Counted from the first letter of the stretch, positions 1-10,649 are shown. The stretch is DNA of 34,662 bases from an uncultured Verrucomicrobiota bacterium (GCA_903864375.1 CAIPFS010000696.1:1-34662); one strand, 5' to 3'. The notes: generated by a model from the sequence alone, not told the origin. A program made the numbers and translations.

Positions 1-753
1 CAGCAGCGGCCATAAACGGAGCCCGAGAACCCGGAGGACGGTTCCCAATCCCACCACGATAAACAACCCGCACGTCAGGTACACACAGGCCATCAACCGA
101 GCGAGGGAGACCAGGCTGTGAAGGCCAAACTTTCCGACCGTATAGGCCATGGCACCGAGTGCGGCAAGCGGAGCAAAGCGCATGACAATGGCCACGACAC
201 CCATCAGGACCTCCGAGAGGCGCTGGGAGAGATCCAGAACCACCTGCCCGCGAGAGCCGAGCCGAACCAGAGAGGTGCCGACCAGCAACCCCAGGACCAG
301 CACCGGTAACACATCGCTGGCGGCAAACGCGCCCACCGCGGTTTCTGGAATCAGGTTGAGAAAATAATCGGCCACCGTCATCCGCCGGGCTGCGGCTGCA
401 TAACCTTGAACTGCCGAGGCATCCAACGAATCCGGATGGATATGGAGGCCGTCACCGGGACGGACCAGATTCACCACCACCAATCCCAACACCAGGGCCA
501 CCGTGGTTGCCGCCTCAAAATAGATGACCGTTTTGAGCCCCATCCGTCCCACCTTGCGAAGGTTCCCCACCCCTCCGATTCCCGAGACCAGCGTCAGAAA
601 AATGATCGGTGCCATCAATGCCTTGATCATCTTGATGAAGGCATCCGCCAGGGGCTTTAGTTCGACGCCCCAATCACTTTTGAAATGGCCGACCGTCGCG
701 CCGATGAAAATGGCGATCAGGACCTGGACATAGAGGCTCTTGAGATGACGCAT
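1..753 (-). CDS. dctA: C4-dicarboxylate:cation symporter (DAACS/SDF family), 5' part; runs off the left edge
   Basis: Not in the ORF track (no stop in window). Manual translation from ATG at 753: MRHLKSLYVQVLIAIFIGATVGHF...LKPLADAFIKMIKALMAPIIFLTLVSGIGG...KVGRMGLKTVIYFEAATTVAL...LIPETAVGAFA...MRFAPLAALGAMAYTVGKFG, a close match to DctA N-terminal motifs. Confidence 0.9.
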   Translation of the reverse strand, partial: MRHLKSLYVQVLIAIFIGATVGHFKSDWGVELKPLADAFIKMIKALMAPIIFLTLVSGIGGVGNLRKVGRMGLKTVIYFEAATTVALVLGLVVVNLVRPGDGLHIHPDSLDASAVQGYAAAARRMTVADYFLNLIPETAVGAFAASDVLPVLVLGLLVGTSLVRLGSRGQVVLDLSQRLSEVLMGVVAIVMRFAPLAALGAMAYTVGKFGLHSLVSLARLMACVYLTCGLFIVVGLGTVLRVLGLRLWPLL

Positions 754-758
754 GAAAC

Positions 759-807
759 GGGGTTGCAGCGACTGACCATTATCAGCCAGGACCATTCCTG
801 CAACCCC
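759..807. promoter_or_regulatory. Inverted repeat/hairpin immediately upstream of the dctA start codon
   Basis: Perfect 10-bp inverted repeat GGGGTTGCAG (759-768) / CTGCAACCCC (798-807) with a 29-nt spacer that can form a further inner stem. It ends 5 nt before the ATG on the coding strand. Function not established. Confidence 0.35.
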
Positions 808-868
808 TACTTTCCGACTCCGGACGGGCAGCCGAGATGTCCGGAATCCGCCGATACCACCTGCCGGG

Positions 869-1912
869 CTACTTCGCCTTTTTCATCTTCCAGGCCATTT
901 GCAACATCTCCAGGTTGTACGGCTGAACAATCGTCTGTTCGGTCGAATAGAGGAACAAGGCGCAGCGGTAGACGTGATTGGCGACGCTGAGGACATAGTT
1001 CAACACAATCATGCCCGCGAACCAGAAGGCCCCGGTCACTCCAATGAACCAAAAATTTTCGGTCACAACGGAAACGGCCAGAGCCAGTCCCAGGAAAACC
1101 AACGAAGCCAACATCAGCACCACTCCCCCGAGTCGCACCCCGGCAAACCCAATCAGCGCCTCACCCCAGGTCTGCTTCAGGGTCATTGCGGATTTCTTCA
1201 ACATATGAAAGGGATTGACGGATTCCGTATCGGTGACGACCACAGGAATCACAAAGATGGAAGCAACGCTCCACGCGGTTCCCACGAGGCTCAACACCAG
1301 CTTGCCGATAATTCCAACCCGTTCCTCCAACTGCCGGATGACCAGACCCACCAGACCGGCAAAGGAAGCCCAAAGGAGAATCGCCTGCCAGCGGGTCAGG
1401 GCGTATTGAAGCCCGCGTCGGATCGAAACGCCATCGCCCCGGAGCGACGCCAGAATCTCGTGATAGAAGGCGACATTAAAGTAGGTGGCCAGGATCATTG
1501 ATAAAAGGTAGGCCGCTGCAAAATAAGCCATCCCCAGCGGGGTGAGTTGCACATTGTTTTCGGGGTCCCCCGAGCCAGCGCTTGCCCGGTGGAGTCGGGT
1601 CCGGTGATGCGGGACGGTCGACGGTGCCGCCGTGGCAGCGGAACCATCTTCCAGTGTGCCACCGGGGGCGGGCGCAGCTGAATTCGGTTCATTGTGGAAC
1701 ACGCTTTCCCAGACCGCCTGCCAATGCTCGGGCTGGGTGTACCGGTACCCCGTTTGTTGCAAGGCCAATGGGGTGACAAAAAACAAGAGAATGACGGCGG
1801 TGAAGAGAGTGGTCACCACCGGGAACACCAGAAGTTTTGGGTATTGCTGGAGGACGCTGACCGATGCCCGAAAGAGCTGCCAGCTGCGGGAGAATTTTTC
1901 GACGAGGTTCAT
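869..1912 (-). CDS. Multi-pass membrane protein, DUF6159-like
   Basis: 347-aa ORF with N-terminal 'KFSRSWQLFRASVSVL..PKLLVFP', about six hydrophobic segments and 'KKSAMTLKQTWGE', a pattern I associate with DUF6159. Confidence 0.7.
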   Translation of the reverse strand: MNLVEKFSRSWQLFRASVSVLQQYPKLLVFPVVTTLFTAVILLFFVTPLALQQTGYRYTQPEHWQAVWESVFHNEPNSAAPAPGGTLEDGSAATAAPSTVPHHRTRLHRASAGSGDPENNVQLTPLGMAYFAAAYLLSMILATYFNVAFYHEILASLRGDGVSIRRGLQYALTRWQAILLWASFAGLVGLVIRQLEERVGIIGKLVLSLVGTAWSVASIFVIPVVVTDTESVNPFHMLKKSAMTLKQTWGEALIGFAGVRLGGVVLMLASLVFLGLALAVSVVTENFWFIGVTGAFWFAGMIVLNYVLSVANHVYRCALFLYSTEQTIVQPYNLEMLQMAWKMKKAK

Positions 1913-1984
1913 GTCAGAAAAGGTTGTGTCGGTGGTCAGTGAATATCGCCGGGGCGAAAGAGGTGAGTGGAATTACTTTCTTAA

Positions 1985-2013
1985 TTTCCAACTGTTTTAT
2001 TCTGATTTGTCAA
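1985..2013 (-). promoter_or_regulatory. Candidate sigma70-type promoter for the DUF6159-like gene
   Basis: Perfect TTGACA on the minus strand (2013-2008) in a conspicuously AT-rich patch about 100 nt upstream of the ATG at 1912. The -10 element is poor (GGAAAT/GAAATT at 18-19 nt spacing). Confidence 0.35.
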
Positions 2014-2085
2014 GACATGGGTCTCCGCGTCCGGCATCTGCGTTGCGTTGCATTTGGACCGCCACGACTCCCGCCACACCTCCCA

Positions 2086-5000
2086 TCACTTGGAATGATA
2101 ATTGGGATAGGCGGGTCGCCGTTGCTTGACCGGCGGATTTTTCGCGAGGCTCTCGAGGGCAATGGCCACGGCCTTTTCCAACTGAAGGTCATGACCTTCG
2201 CGCCATGCCTTGGGATCGTATTCCACTTCGACGTCGGGGGCGATGCCGACATTTTCGACCTCCCATTCACCCTTTGTCCCGTAAATGGCCCAGTGGGGTG
2301 CAGTCACACGGCCCCCGTCCAACAGGGGCGGATATCCTCCAATACCAATCAATCCCCCCCACGTCCGCTTTCCCACCAGCGTGCCCACACCGGCCTTGCG
2401 AAAGAGCCATGGCAGCGCATCGCCACCGGACCCGGCAAACTCATTGATCAGCATCACCTTGGGACCAGGGCTCGCTGCGAGCGGGAACGACAAATCCTCC
2501 CCTTCGCGGGTGGTGGAATAGTTCATGACAGTCCGGCGAAGGTAATCGACCACATAATCGGCAATCTGCCCGCCGTGGTTGTACCGTTCGTCGATGACGA
2601 ATCCGGCCTTGTCGATTTGAGCGAAGAAGTAGCGATTGAAGCTGGTGTACCCTTCGGCGGCGGTGTCGGGCACATGCACATAGGCCACCCGGCCACTGCT
2701 CAACCGATCCACGGTGCGCCGGTTATCCTCAATCCAGGCATGGTAGCGCAAGGCGTGGTCATCGGCGATGGGCTTGAGTTTGACATCCCGGGCCGCGGTG
2801 CCATCGGGATTCGGCCCCACCCGGAGGATCACGGCCCGTTCGGCTTTGTCCTGAAAGCGGGAATAGATTTCCTCACTGCCAGTCAAATCGACGCCATCCA
2901 CCGCCAGGAGATACTCACCCACCCCCACATTGACCCCGGGCTCGGTGAGGGGTGCCCGGAGCTCTGGATTCCAATTTTCACCGTTGAGAATCCGGGCAAA
3001 TCGATACCGTCCATTTTCCACCCTGAAGTCCGCCCCCAAAAGTCCCACCTTCACCCGGGGTGGCATCGGCAAATCTCCGCCTCCCACGAACAGGTGCCCC
3101 ACTGACAGTTCTCCGAGCATCTCCTCAAAGAGATAGTTCAGGTCGAACCGGCAGGTCAGCGCATTCAAATAAGGGCGGTACTTTGCCGCCGTGGCTGCCA
3201 GGTCGAGGCCGTGATAATGCGGATCATAAAAGAAATCGCGCTCCAGGCGCCAGACCTCGTCGTACATCTGCCTCCATTCGGCCCGGGGATCGATGGACAG
3301 TTGAACGTCCGCAAACTTCAATCCCCCTTCTCCCGGTTTCGGGGCTGCATCGATGCCCGCGATGAACCACCCATCGTCCTTTTGATAGAGCAATTTTTCC
3401 CGCTTATCAGCGAGGGAGAATGCCTTGATGCCTTCCAGAAACTTCTCAGACTTTCTCTTGGCCAAATCAAATTTGTGCAGGGTGAGTTCGGGGCCCTCGT
3501 CCTCCTCCAGTGGGTTCAATGCCGGACCTTCCACCACCCAAAGAGCGTTCGATTTGCCCGCAACGAGCCCGAGGTAGTTTTTTGCCGGCATCGGCACGGC
3601 CACAATACGCTGGCTGAGGTTTTCAAGGTCGATCCGAATGGCCGCCGGTGCTGCATTGGTCGTCGTTCCGGCTTCATCCTTTTTAGGCGACTCTCCCGCC
3701 TTGGCCGTTCCCCCTGATTCGGGCCTGGCATCCGCACCCGCCGGTTTGTCCCCCTCTTTCGACTTTTCCGGTTTGTCCGACTCCACCTTTTCCTCATCGC
3801 TTTCCAGTGCCAGCGGCGATGGAAGAGTCTTGTCGAGGACAACCAGGTACAGGCTTCGGGTCACCGGATGGTTGATGGCGGACAAATCGCCCCAGCCAAG
3901 ACTTGGGCCAATATCGGTGCTGGCGGCGAAGTACAGGTAGAGTCCGCTGTCAGAAAATTGGGGACTGATCGCGTCGCTCAACCCGTCGGTCACCTGTTGT
4001 TTAACCCCATCGGCCAGGCTGTAAAGGAACACCGCCTGATGCCGGTTGGGGAGCGTCCTGCCATAGGCAATCCAACGGCTCGCGGGCGACCACGAAGGGA
4101 GAAAACCGCGATTGTAGGGGTCGGTATCCACCAGAACGGGGGTACCGCCCTCGACGGACACCCGCCAGAGATTCAACCGTTTGTCGCTAAAGGCGATATG
4201 TTTGGAATCCGGCGACCAGACCGGGTCATAAAAAAATGAAGGGGGCTGTCCCAGTGAGATCTTCCGGAGTTCCCCGGCCCCGCTCTGCTCTTGCAGATGC
4301 AGGGCATATTCACCTGAAGCATCACTGAAATACGCGATCCATTTACCATCCGGCGACCACGCGGGATTGCGATCCGCCACTGCCGGCGAACGGGTCAGAT
4401 TTCGAGTTTCGCCCTTCTCGGCTGGGACGGTAAGAATCTCACCCCGGACTTCAAAAACGGCCCGCTGACCCGTTGGTGAAAGGCGCCCCTCCTTCAATTC
4501 CTTGCCCTCGATCTTTTTGAAATGAGGCCGCACCTCTGCAAAATCTGCCGTCAGATGAATGTCGATGGGATGGGTCTGGGCGGAGCCAAGATCATACAAC
4601 CAGAGACGGCCAAATTGTTCACACACAATGCCCCCGGGTCCCGCCCCAGCTGACTTGAAGTCCAGACCTTCGTTCTTGACGACCTCCCGGACCCCCTGGG
4701 TCTTGAGGTCATAGGCAAAAAGCGTTACCGGACCGTGGCGATCCGATAGGAAGAAAATGGTGTCCTCCACCCACAGGGGATTGAAATCATTGGAGTTTTC
4801 CCTGGGAAGTTTTTGAACCGATGAATCGGCCAGGTTGGCGATCCAGATGGGCTTGGTTTGTCCACCGTGATACCGCTTCCAAGCTCGTTGCCACTGTAAT
4901 TGTGGCACATAGGCCAGATGACTGGCATCCGCAGAAAAGGAACCCTCTTCGGCCAGCGGCAGCGGGATCTCCGTGGCCGGTCCGCCATTTGTGGCAACGG

Positions 5001-5410
5001 TGAACAGTCGACCCCCATCCACCGGATTATTCCGGGCAGACCGGAAGAGCACCCGTTGCCCGTCGGGAGCCCCAGCCAATCACCACATCCGCACCGGGAT
5101 GTGAGGTGAGTCGGGCGGGAATTCCACCTTCCACCGGGATCAGATAAACATCCGCATTGCCGTCATATTCGCCGGTAAAGGCAATCGTGTGTCCATCTGG
5201 CGAGAAGGACGGGTGTTGCTCGCGCCCTGCATGAGTGGTCAATCGGACGGCATCCCCTCCACTCCGCGCCACCCGCCAGAGGTCCCCCGCGTGGACAAAG
5301 ACGACAAAGTCACGGCTCAGGGTCGGTTGTTGAAAGAGCAGCGGGGGAGCGTCACCGAGAAGCGGCAGCGACAGCCATGCGACAAACAGCGTTTTCCAAT
5401 CGATCTTCAT
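2086..5410 (-). pseudogene. Tricorn-family protease (S41, beta-propellers + PDZ + catalytic domain) split by a +1 frameshift; pseudogene or sequencing error
   Basis: ORF 5027..5410 gives the signal peptide and first PD40 repeats (GDLWRV, PSFSPDG, YDGNADVY). ORF 2086..5079 gives the rest, including HVPDT (His), DERYNHGG and NEFAGSGGDALP (catalytic Ser). Removing one G from the G4 run at 5070-5073 fuses them via ...VVIGW-APDGQRVLFRS into a 1107-aa protein. Confidence 0.85.
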
Positions 5411-5678
5411 GCAGGGAGTGGGAAGTGGTTGGAAGCGGATATCCGGGACACAACCAACATTTTATGGACGTTCAACCCGTGGTCGTACACCGGTCAAGGC
5501 AACTTTTGGAGTTCAGGCATTGTGCCGCAACGATTGTTGAATGAGGCCATGCGCCGCAGGACCGCCACCGAACCGGTCGCAGTCATGGGATGTCCCACCC
5601 GGCGGACGTGTCGGTGACAATACTGTCGGTCCCCTGGGTATCAGCCCACCCGGGGAAAGGGGAAAGGCCGGAATCCGC

Positions 5679-6731
5679 TCACTTCCGTGCCGGCTGACCG
5701 GCAAGACCAACCGGAAGGTTCTCCCGATTGATCACCACCGGATCACTGAGGAATTCGCGAGTAAACTGGTTTGTTCCCAGGCTCCATCCCCCATTCCACG
5801 ATTTGAAGTAGCGGACCTTGGGAAAATGATTGGTTACTCCGGCCAGAAAACGACGGTAATCAAAATCAGCGGGTGGTTTCTGGGGTCCATGAGGGCCAAA
5901 CTCGGAAAATCCAAATGGCTTGGGCAACGCCGCCAGTTCGGCATAGCCACGAATATGTCCGGGATCGATGAAATCGGTGTAGGCATCGAATCCCACCAGG
6001 TCGACAAAGTTGTCCCCTGGATAATAGACGGCCGTCTTGTCTCCGTGGTTGGGGGCATAAACCCAAAGCAGATTGTCGAGGCCACGGGTTTTGGACAGGT
6101 AGGTGAACATCTCACGCCACACGGCGATGAATTCGGTGGGTTCCTGGGCCCCCCACCAAAACCACCCACCATTCATCTCGTGAAAAGGACGCCACAGGAC
6201 CACGACGCCATCGCGCTGAAGCGCCTCGAGTCCATCGCCCAACTGCTCCATTTCCTTCAGCCATCGTTCCCGGGTTTCGCCTGGCTCCAACAAGGTTGAG
6301 AAACGGACGCCCTTATCCCGCAATCCGCCCCCCTTCGGATTGGCTGGATTATAGAGGTGGGCGCTGACCGTCACGAGTCCGCCTTGATGCCAGTAGGCAC
6401 TGGCCGCGGCGTTGGGCTTGACCACGGTCAGACCCCCGCGGCCAAAATCTGCATAATCCACCCCGATCATCGCCGGCCAATGACCCGTTCGATCATGGAT
6501 TTGCTCCATCAACCCCAGACCGGCGCCCTCTCCGAAATCGCTGAACTGCCCTGATAACAGACGCGGTCCCTCGGTCCGGGTCGACAATTCATGGAAATAG
6601 GCCAGCACCTTGCGGGCGGCCTCCGACGCCTTCGGATTCGCGGTTTCCGCCGCCGTGACCGCCAGAGAGACGATGCATCCGGCGACGGCAGCGAGCACGG
6701 GAAGGCAAACCCGATGGCGCATCGTTCTCAT
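5679..6731 (-). CDS. Secreted glycoside hydrolase family 26 (beta-mannanase-like)
   Basis: WRPFHEMNGGWFWWG acid/base motif, YYPGD..VDLVGFDAY and nucleophile in FSEFGP. A signal peptide follows ATG 6731 (or 6722); the upstream start at 6788 is unlikely. Confidence 0.9.
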   Translation of the reverse strand: MRTMRHRVCLPVLAAVAGCIVSLAVTAAETANPKASEAARKVLAYFHELSTRTEGPRLLSGQFSDFGEGAGLGLMEQIHDRTGHWPAMIGVDYADFGRGGLTVVKPNAAASAYWHQGGLVTVSAHLYNPANPKGGGLRDKGVRFSTLLEPGETRERWLKEMEQLGDGLEALQRDGVVVLWRPFHEMNGGWFWWGAQEPTEFIAVWREMFTYLSKTRGLDNLLWVYAPNHGDKTAVYYPGDNFVDLVGFDAYTDFIDPGHIRGYAELAALPKPFGFSEFGPHGPQKPPADFDYRRFLAGVTNHFPKVRYFKSWNGGWSLGTNQFTREFLSDPVVINRENLPVGLAGQPARK

Positions 6732-6774
6732 GGAATCGTGTTCACGGAGCCTCGGAGCCGGGTCAAACGCCTGA

Positions 6775-7719
6775 CTACTTTTGAACAACCCAGATGTTGC
6801 GGTAGAACACCGGATTGCCGTGACCCTGGAGGAAGAACGGCCCCCCTTCTGAGCTTTCCTTGCGACCGTTGCCCGGGGTGGGGCCCTTGAGCTCGAGATT
6901 TTCGTGAATCAAGACCCCGTTGTGCTTCACCGTCAGTCGGGCATTGGCCGTCTTTGTTCCCGCGGCATCGAAGGTCGCCGCCGAGAAATCAATGTCGTAG
7001 GTCTGCCAGGTCAAGGGAGGGAAGCACATGTTGACGGCAGGCTTGGCCTGGGTGTAGATGCCGCCACACTCGTTGTTCTCCCCCTTGAGCCCGAACGAGT
7101 CCAGCACCTGGACTTCGTAGCGATCCTGGACATACACACCGCTATTGCCGCGATCCTGGCCGCGTCCGAGCGGCTTGAAGGGCAGCAGGAATTCCACGTG
7201 CGCCGTGAAGTTGGTAAAGAATTGACGGCTCTTGCAACCCGCAAACAGCAGCTTCCGGTCATCCAGATGGCCCCCTTCCCAACCGTCGGCGCTGGTCCCA
7301 TTAAAGAGGACCACCGCACCCGCGGGAGCTTTTGCTCCAAGAGTGGGGCTCAGCCGCGACGTCTTTTCCATGAGATACGGTCCACCGGAAGCGGTGGTAA
7401 CTGAGATCTTTCCACCCGATAACTCCGCGTGATAACCGTTTTCTCCGGTGAAACGAATCATGTCACCGTCCCGCTGTCCGGGAACTTCTGTCCGGACCTG
7501 TTGATTCCAACCGGCGCCGGGAAGTCCCTCGGGATAGGTGACCATCCGAAAATGGTTGTCGCCGAGTGCAATGACCTGCGAACCACCCCAGTCATTTTTA
7601 TATTCGCCCTGGGCCAGGAAATCGGGACCACCCGCCTCCGGAGTCAGGTAGGTCGGGATGTCTTCGGCTACGGCCAGAGTGGCGGCGGTCATCAAGACCA
7701 GTCGGAGGGTGGATTTCAT
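6775..7719 (-). CDS. Secreted DUF1080 (3-keto-disaccharide hydrolase-like) protein
   Basis: AVVLFNG, HVEF, GQDRGNSGVY..RYEVQVLDS, PPLTWQTYDIDF and LQGHGNPVFYRNIW are DUF1080 motifs. A signal peptide starts at ATG 7719. Confidence 0.85.
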   Translation of the reverse strand: MKSTLRLVLMTAATLAVAEDIPTYLTPEAGGPDFLAQGEYKNDWGGSQVIALGDNHFRMVTYPEGLPGAGWNQQVRTEVPGQRDGDMIRFTGENGYHAELSGGKISVTTASGGPYLMEKTSRLSPTLGAKAPAGAVVLFNGTSADGWEGGHLDDRKLLFAGCKSRQFFTNFTAHVEFLLPFKPLGRGQDRGNSGVYVQDRYEVQVLDSFGLKGENNECGGIYTQAKPAVNMCFPPLTWQTYDIDFSAATFDAAGTKTANARLTVKHNGVLIHENLELKGPTPGNGRKESSEGGPFFLQGHGNPVFYRNIWVVQK

Positions 7720-7958
7720 GGATACAGCAGACCGATGCCGATGGATTTTGTCAGCGTCAATTTGCAGGGCGTTTCGTGAAGCGGGTCGGTTACCCGAACG
7801 CCTCATCATCCGGCTGGATCGCAACGGAGCAATGAACCGGGGTTCCGGGCAATTCGGGAGGCAGGGAACAAGGCGCTGTTGGTCAAAATCGATGATTGGG
7901 GGTCAACGACTGCACGGCGGCTTGCCCCGGACGCCCATCTCCGGTTAGCTGGACGCTC

Positions 7959-8804
7959 TTGGCAAAACCGACCCACATCCCGCTCCAGGGCAGCGATCCG
8001 ATTCCCATTCTGTATGAGGACCGTTCGGTGCTGGCCATCGACAAGCCTGTCGGCTGGATGCTGGTCCCGTTTACCTGGCAGCGGACCTCACGCAATTTGC
8101 AGGCGGCTTTGACCTCCTCCATCGCCGCGGGCCATTTTTGGGCCCGGTCGCGCGGGCTGACCGGCCTGCAACATGTCCATCGGCTCGATGCCGAGACGTC
8201 TGGTGTTCTGCTCTTTTGCAAAAGTTCCGGAGGCTTGCGCACCTACGCCGATCTCTTCGAAGCCCGCCGGATGGAAAAGGTCTATCTCGCCGTGACCAAC
8301 CGTAAACCGAATCAGGAGGCCTGGGTCTGCCGGGACCCAATTGCTCCGGTGGAGGGGGACTATGGACGGATGGAAGTGGACTCCGCAGGAAAGGAAGCCG
8401 AGACAGCCTTTCGGGTCATCGGCGCGAGCCCGGGAAGATACCTCATCGAGGCGCGTCCGGTCACCGGACGAACCCATCAAATCCGGCTGCACCTGGCTGC
8501 GGCGGATTGCCCGATCGAGGGAGATGAGCTTTACGGCGATACAACGGGAGGGCCAATGGGATTGCGGGCAACGGGCCTGGCCTATACGGACCCATTCACC
8601 CGGAAAGCAGTCGCCATTCGGGCACCGGTGGATCGATTCCTCGAAGGCTTTGGATTTTCGCGGGACGCATTTCGCTGCGAGTTCCGCTCGCTCCCCCCGC
8701 GGCCGCCTCGCCCCTCCAGCGACCGGCCTTCAACAGAGGCATCACCCAAAGGGAAGCCGGTGGGAGGAAAGGAACCAAGAGTGCCAGGGGACAAGGCGAA
8801 ATAA
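7959..8804 (+). CDS. RluA-family RNA pseudouridine synthase (no S4 domain)
   Basis: ILYED..LAIDKPVG, catalytic HRLDAETSG, GRTHQIRLHLA and PIEGDELYG. Start uncertain (TTG 7959 chosen; the ORF opens at 7896). Confidence 0.88.
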   Translation: MAKPTHIPLQGSDPIPILYEDRSVLAIDKPVGWMLVPFTWQRTSRNLQAALTSSIAAGHFWARSRGLTGLQHVHRLDAETSGVLLFCKSSGGLRTYADLFEARRMEKVYLAVTNRKPNQEAWVCRDPIAPVEGDYGRMEVDSAGKEAETAFRVIGASPGRYLIEARPVTGRTHQIRLHLAAADCPIEGDELYGDTTGGPMGLRATGLAYTDPFTRKAVAIRAPVDRFLEGFGFSRDAFRCEFRSLPPRPPRPSSDRPSTEASPKGKPVGGKEPRVPGDKAK

Positions 8805-8867
8805 CCCGTTCCGCAGACCTGCCGCAATCCCGGGGAAGCAAACGCCAGGGACCGATTCCGACCCACC

Positions 8868-9464
8868 ATGAAAGCGGACGCCTTCACCCAACTGCAGACG
8901 GAAATCCGCGCCTGCACCCTATGCACGGCACATCTGCCACTCGGACCGCGACCGGTTTTTCAAATCTCCCGCACTGCGCGTATCCTCATCGCCGGGCAGG
9001 CGCCGGGCAGCAAGGTTCACGCATCGGGCGTTCCCTTCGACGACGCCAGCGGCGACCGCCTGCGCGACTGGCTCGGTCTTGACCGCGAAACATTTTACGA
9101 CGCAAGCCGCGTGGCGATTTTGCCGATGGGTTTTTGTTATCCCGGCACGGGTAAATCCGGCGACCTGCCGCCGCGCCCCGAATGTGCCGTCGCGTGGCGC
9201 GAGAAAATCCTCCGCGAACTCGCCGCCGTAAAACTCACGCTCGTCATTGGAAGCTACGCGCTGGACTGGCATCTCGGCGCGCGCGCCAAGGGGACGCTCA
9301 CGGAGACGGTGCAAGCATGGCGGGAATTCGCCCCGACACTCTGGCCTCTGCCGCACCCCAGCCCGCGCAACAACATCTGGCTTAAAAAGAACCCGTGGTT
9401 CGCACATGAGGTGTTGCCGGAATTACGCAGACAGTTGAGGACGGCAGTGAACCCGACCGGGTGA
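8868..9464 (+). CDS. Uracil-DNA glycosylase superfamily protein
   Basis: CTLC, ILIAGQAPG, PFDDASGDRLRDWLG, PMGFCYPG...DLPPRPEC and LPHPSPRN motifs. Confidence 0.88.
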   Translation: MKADAFTQLQTEIRACTLCTAHLPLGPRPVFQISRTARILIAGQAPGSKVHASGVPFDDASGDRLRDWLGLDRETFYDASRVAILPMGFCYPGTGKSGDLPPRPECAVAWREKILRELAAVKLTLVIGSYALDWHLGARAKGTLTETVQAWREFAPTLWPLPHPSPRNNIWLKKNPWFAHEVLPELRRQLRTAVNPTG

Positions 9465-9587
9465 CCAGCGTGGTGGCCGCTTTCGTCGCTGAGGCTCTGG
9501 TTCATCCGAAGAGTGGTCACCGCAATGGATGGCCAGCCGCCCGCCGTATTTCCGTCGACGAGGAAAGCCGGAAACCACGGAGCAGCG

Positions 9588-10649
9588 TCAGGGCGCCGTG
9601 ACAAACTTAAGGACGGCCTGGGTGAATGCATCGGGCTGTTCGGCAAACGGGAAATGACCGCAGCGATCGATCAACAGAAGGTCCGAATTGGCAATGCCCT
9701 TTTGGACCGCCTGAGCGGCGGCGGGGGTGATGAGTCCGTCCTGCCTGCCGTTGATCACCAGGGTACGGCATTTGATCTTCGGGAGTTTTGAGCTGTCGTC
9801 GCGAGTGGCATAGTTGGCAGTCTGGATCAACGCCATGGCGGGTTCATTCGCGGGAGCAATCGCCGAGACCGGCACCTGATATCCGCTGAGCGCCTTCCGT
9901 ATCTGTTCATTATAGGCGGCTCCCACTGTACCATCGGCGTAATACATTTCGTTGAACTGGCTCATGGCAAACTGCATGGAGGACATCAACCGAGCCGGAC
10001 CTGCGGGCAATCCCCGGGCGTAGGGGATGTAGGGTTTGAGCATCTGGGCTCGCTGTTTCAATTTCGGATCAGCGCTCTGCTCGTCCTGGGCAATTTGTTT
10101 TTCGGAAAAATCCAGGATGGCCACCTGGGTTTGCGGCTGTGAAAGCAACCCGTCCACGAAGATGAAGCCCCGGGCGCTATCGGGATGAGTGGAGACGTAG
10201 TTGATTCCCAACATGCCGCCCCAGGAATGCCCGAGGACGTACCAATCCTTCACCTTGAGAAACCGGCGAACCTCCTCCACATCTTTGAGAAGATTGTCCA
10301 TGGTGTAGTCCCGGGTCTCCCCGGGGTCAGGCTGCGTCAGATTCTTCAGGACCAGGCGGGTGGATTGACCACAGCCGCGTTGATCGAGATAAACCACGTT
10401 GAGCGATCCTTCGACCGATTTACCCCACGGATAAAACATGTGAGCAGAAAAACCGGGACCACCATGCAAGATGAGGAGGTAGGGATTGGACGGATCCTGG
10501 CCGCGTACCCGAAAATGAAGCTGCGTCCCGTTGATCTTCTCCAGGTAGTCCTGATCCAACGAAGCCCCGAGCAATGGACCAAGACCCATCCCGAGCAGAA
10601 GGGAGATGCTGATCAGGCATCGGACATAAGCGGCGGGGTTTGAATTCAT
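9588..10649 (-). CDS. Secreted alpha/beta hydrolase, proline iminopeptidase-like (S33)
   Basis: Signal-peptide-like N-terminus, LHGGPG, YLDQRGCG, nucleophile elbow GHSWGG, GRQD acid and CGHFPFAE histidine. Confidence 0.85.
   Translation of the reverse strand: MNSNPAAYVRCLISISLLLGMGLGPLLGASLDQDYLEKINGTQLHFRVRGQDPSNPYLLILHGGPGFSAHMFYPWGKSVEGSLNVVYLDQRGCGQSTRLVLKNLTQPDPGETRDYTMDNLLKDVEEVRRFLKVKDWYVLGHSWGGMLGINYVSTHPDSARGFIFVDGLLSQPQTQVAILDFSEKQIAQDEQSADPKLKQRAQMLKPYIPYARGLPAGPARLMSSMQFAMSQFNEMYYADGTVGAAYNEQIRKALSGYQVPVSAIAPANEPAMALIQTANYATRDDSSKLPKIKCRTLVINGRQDGLITPAAAQAVQKGIANSDLLLIDRCGHFPFAEQPDAFTQAVLKFVTAP

Noticed and set aside
819-845. 7-bp inverted repeat TCCGGAC/GTCCGGA after the DUF6159-like gene
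   Set aside because: Short, with no U-tract on the coding strand; cannot be called a terminator.
1864-3105. 413-aa plus-strand ORF
   Set aside because: Antisense shadow of the tricorn protease.
5027-5410. 127-aa ORF as an independent gene
   Set aside because: It is the N-terminal fragment of the frameshifted tricorn protease.
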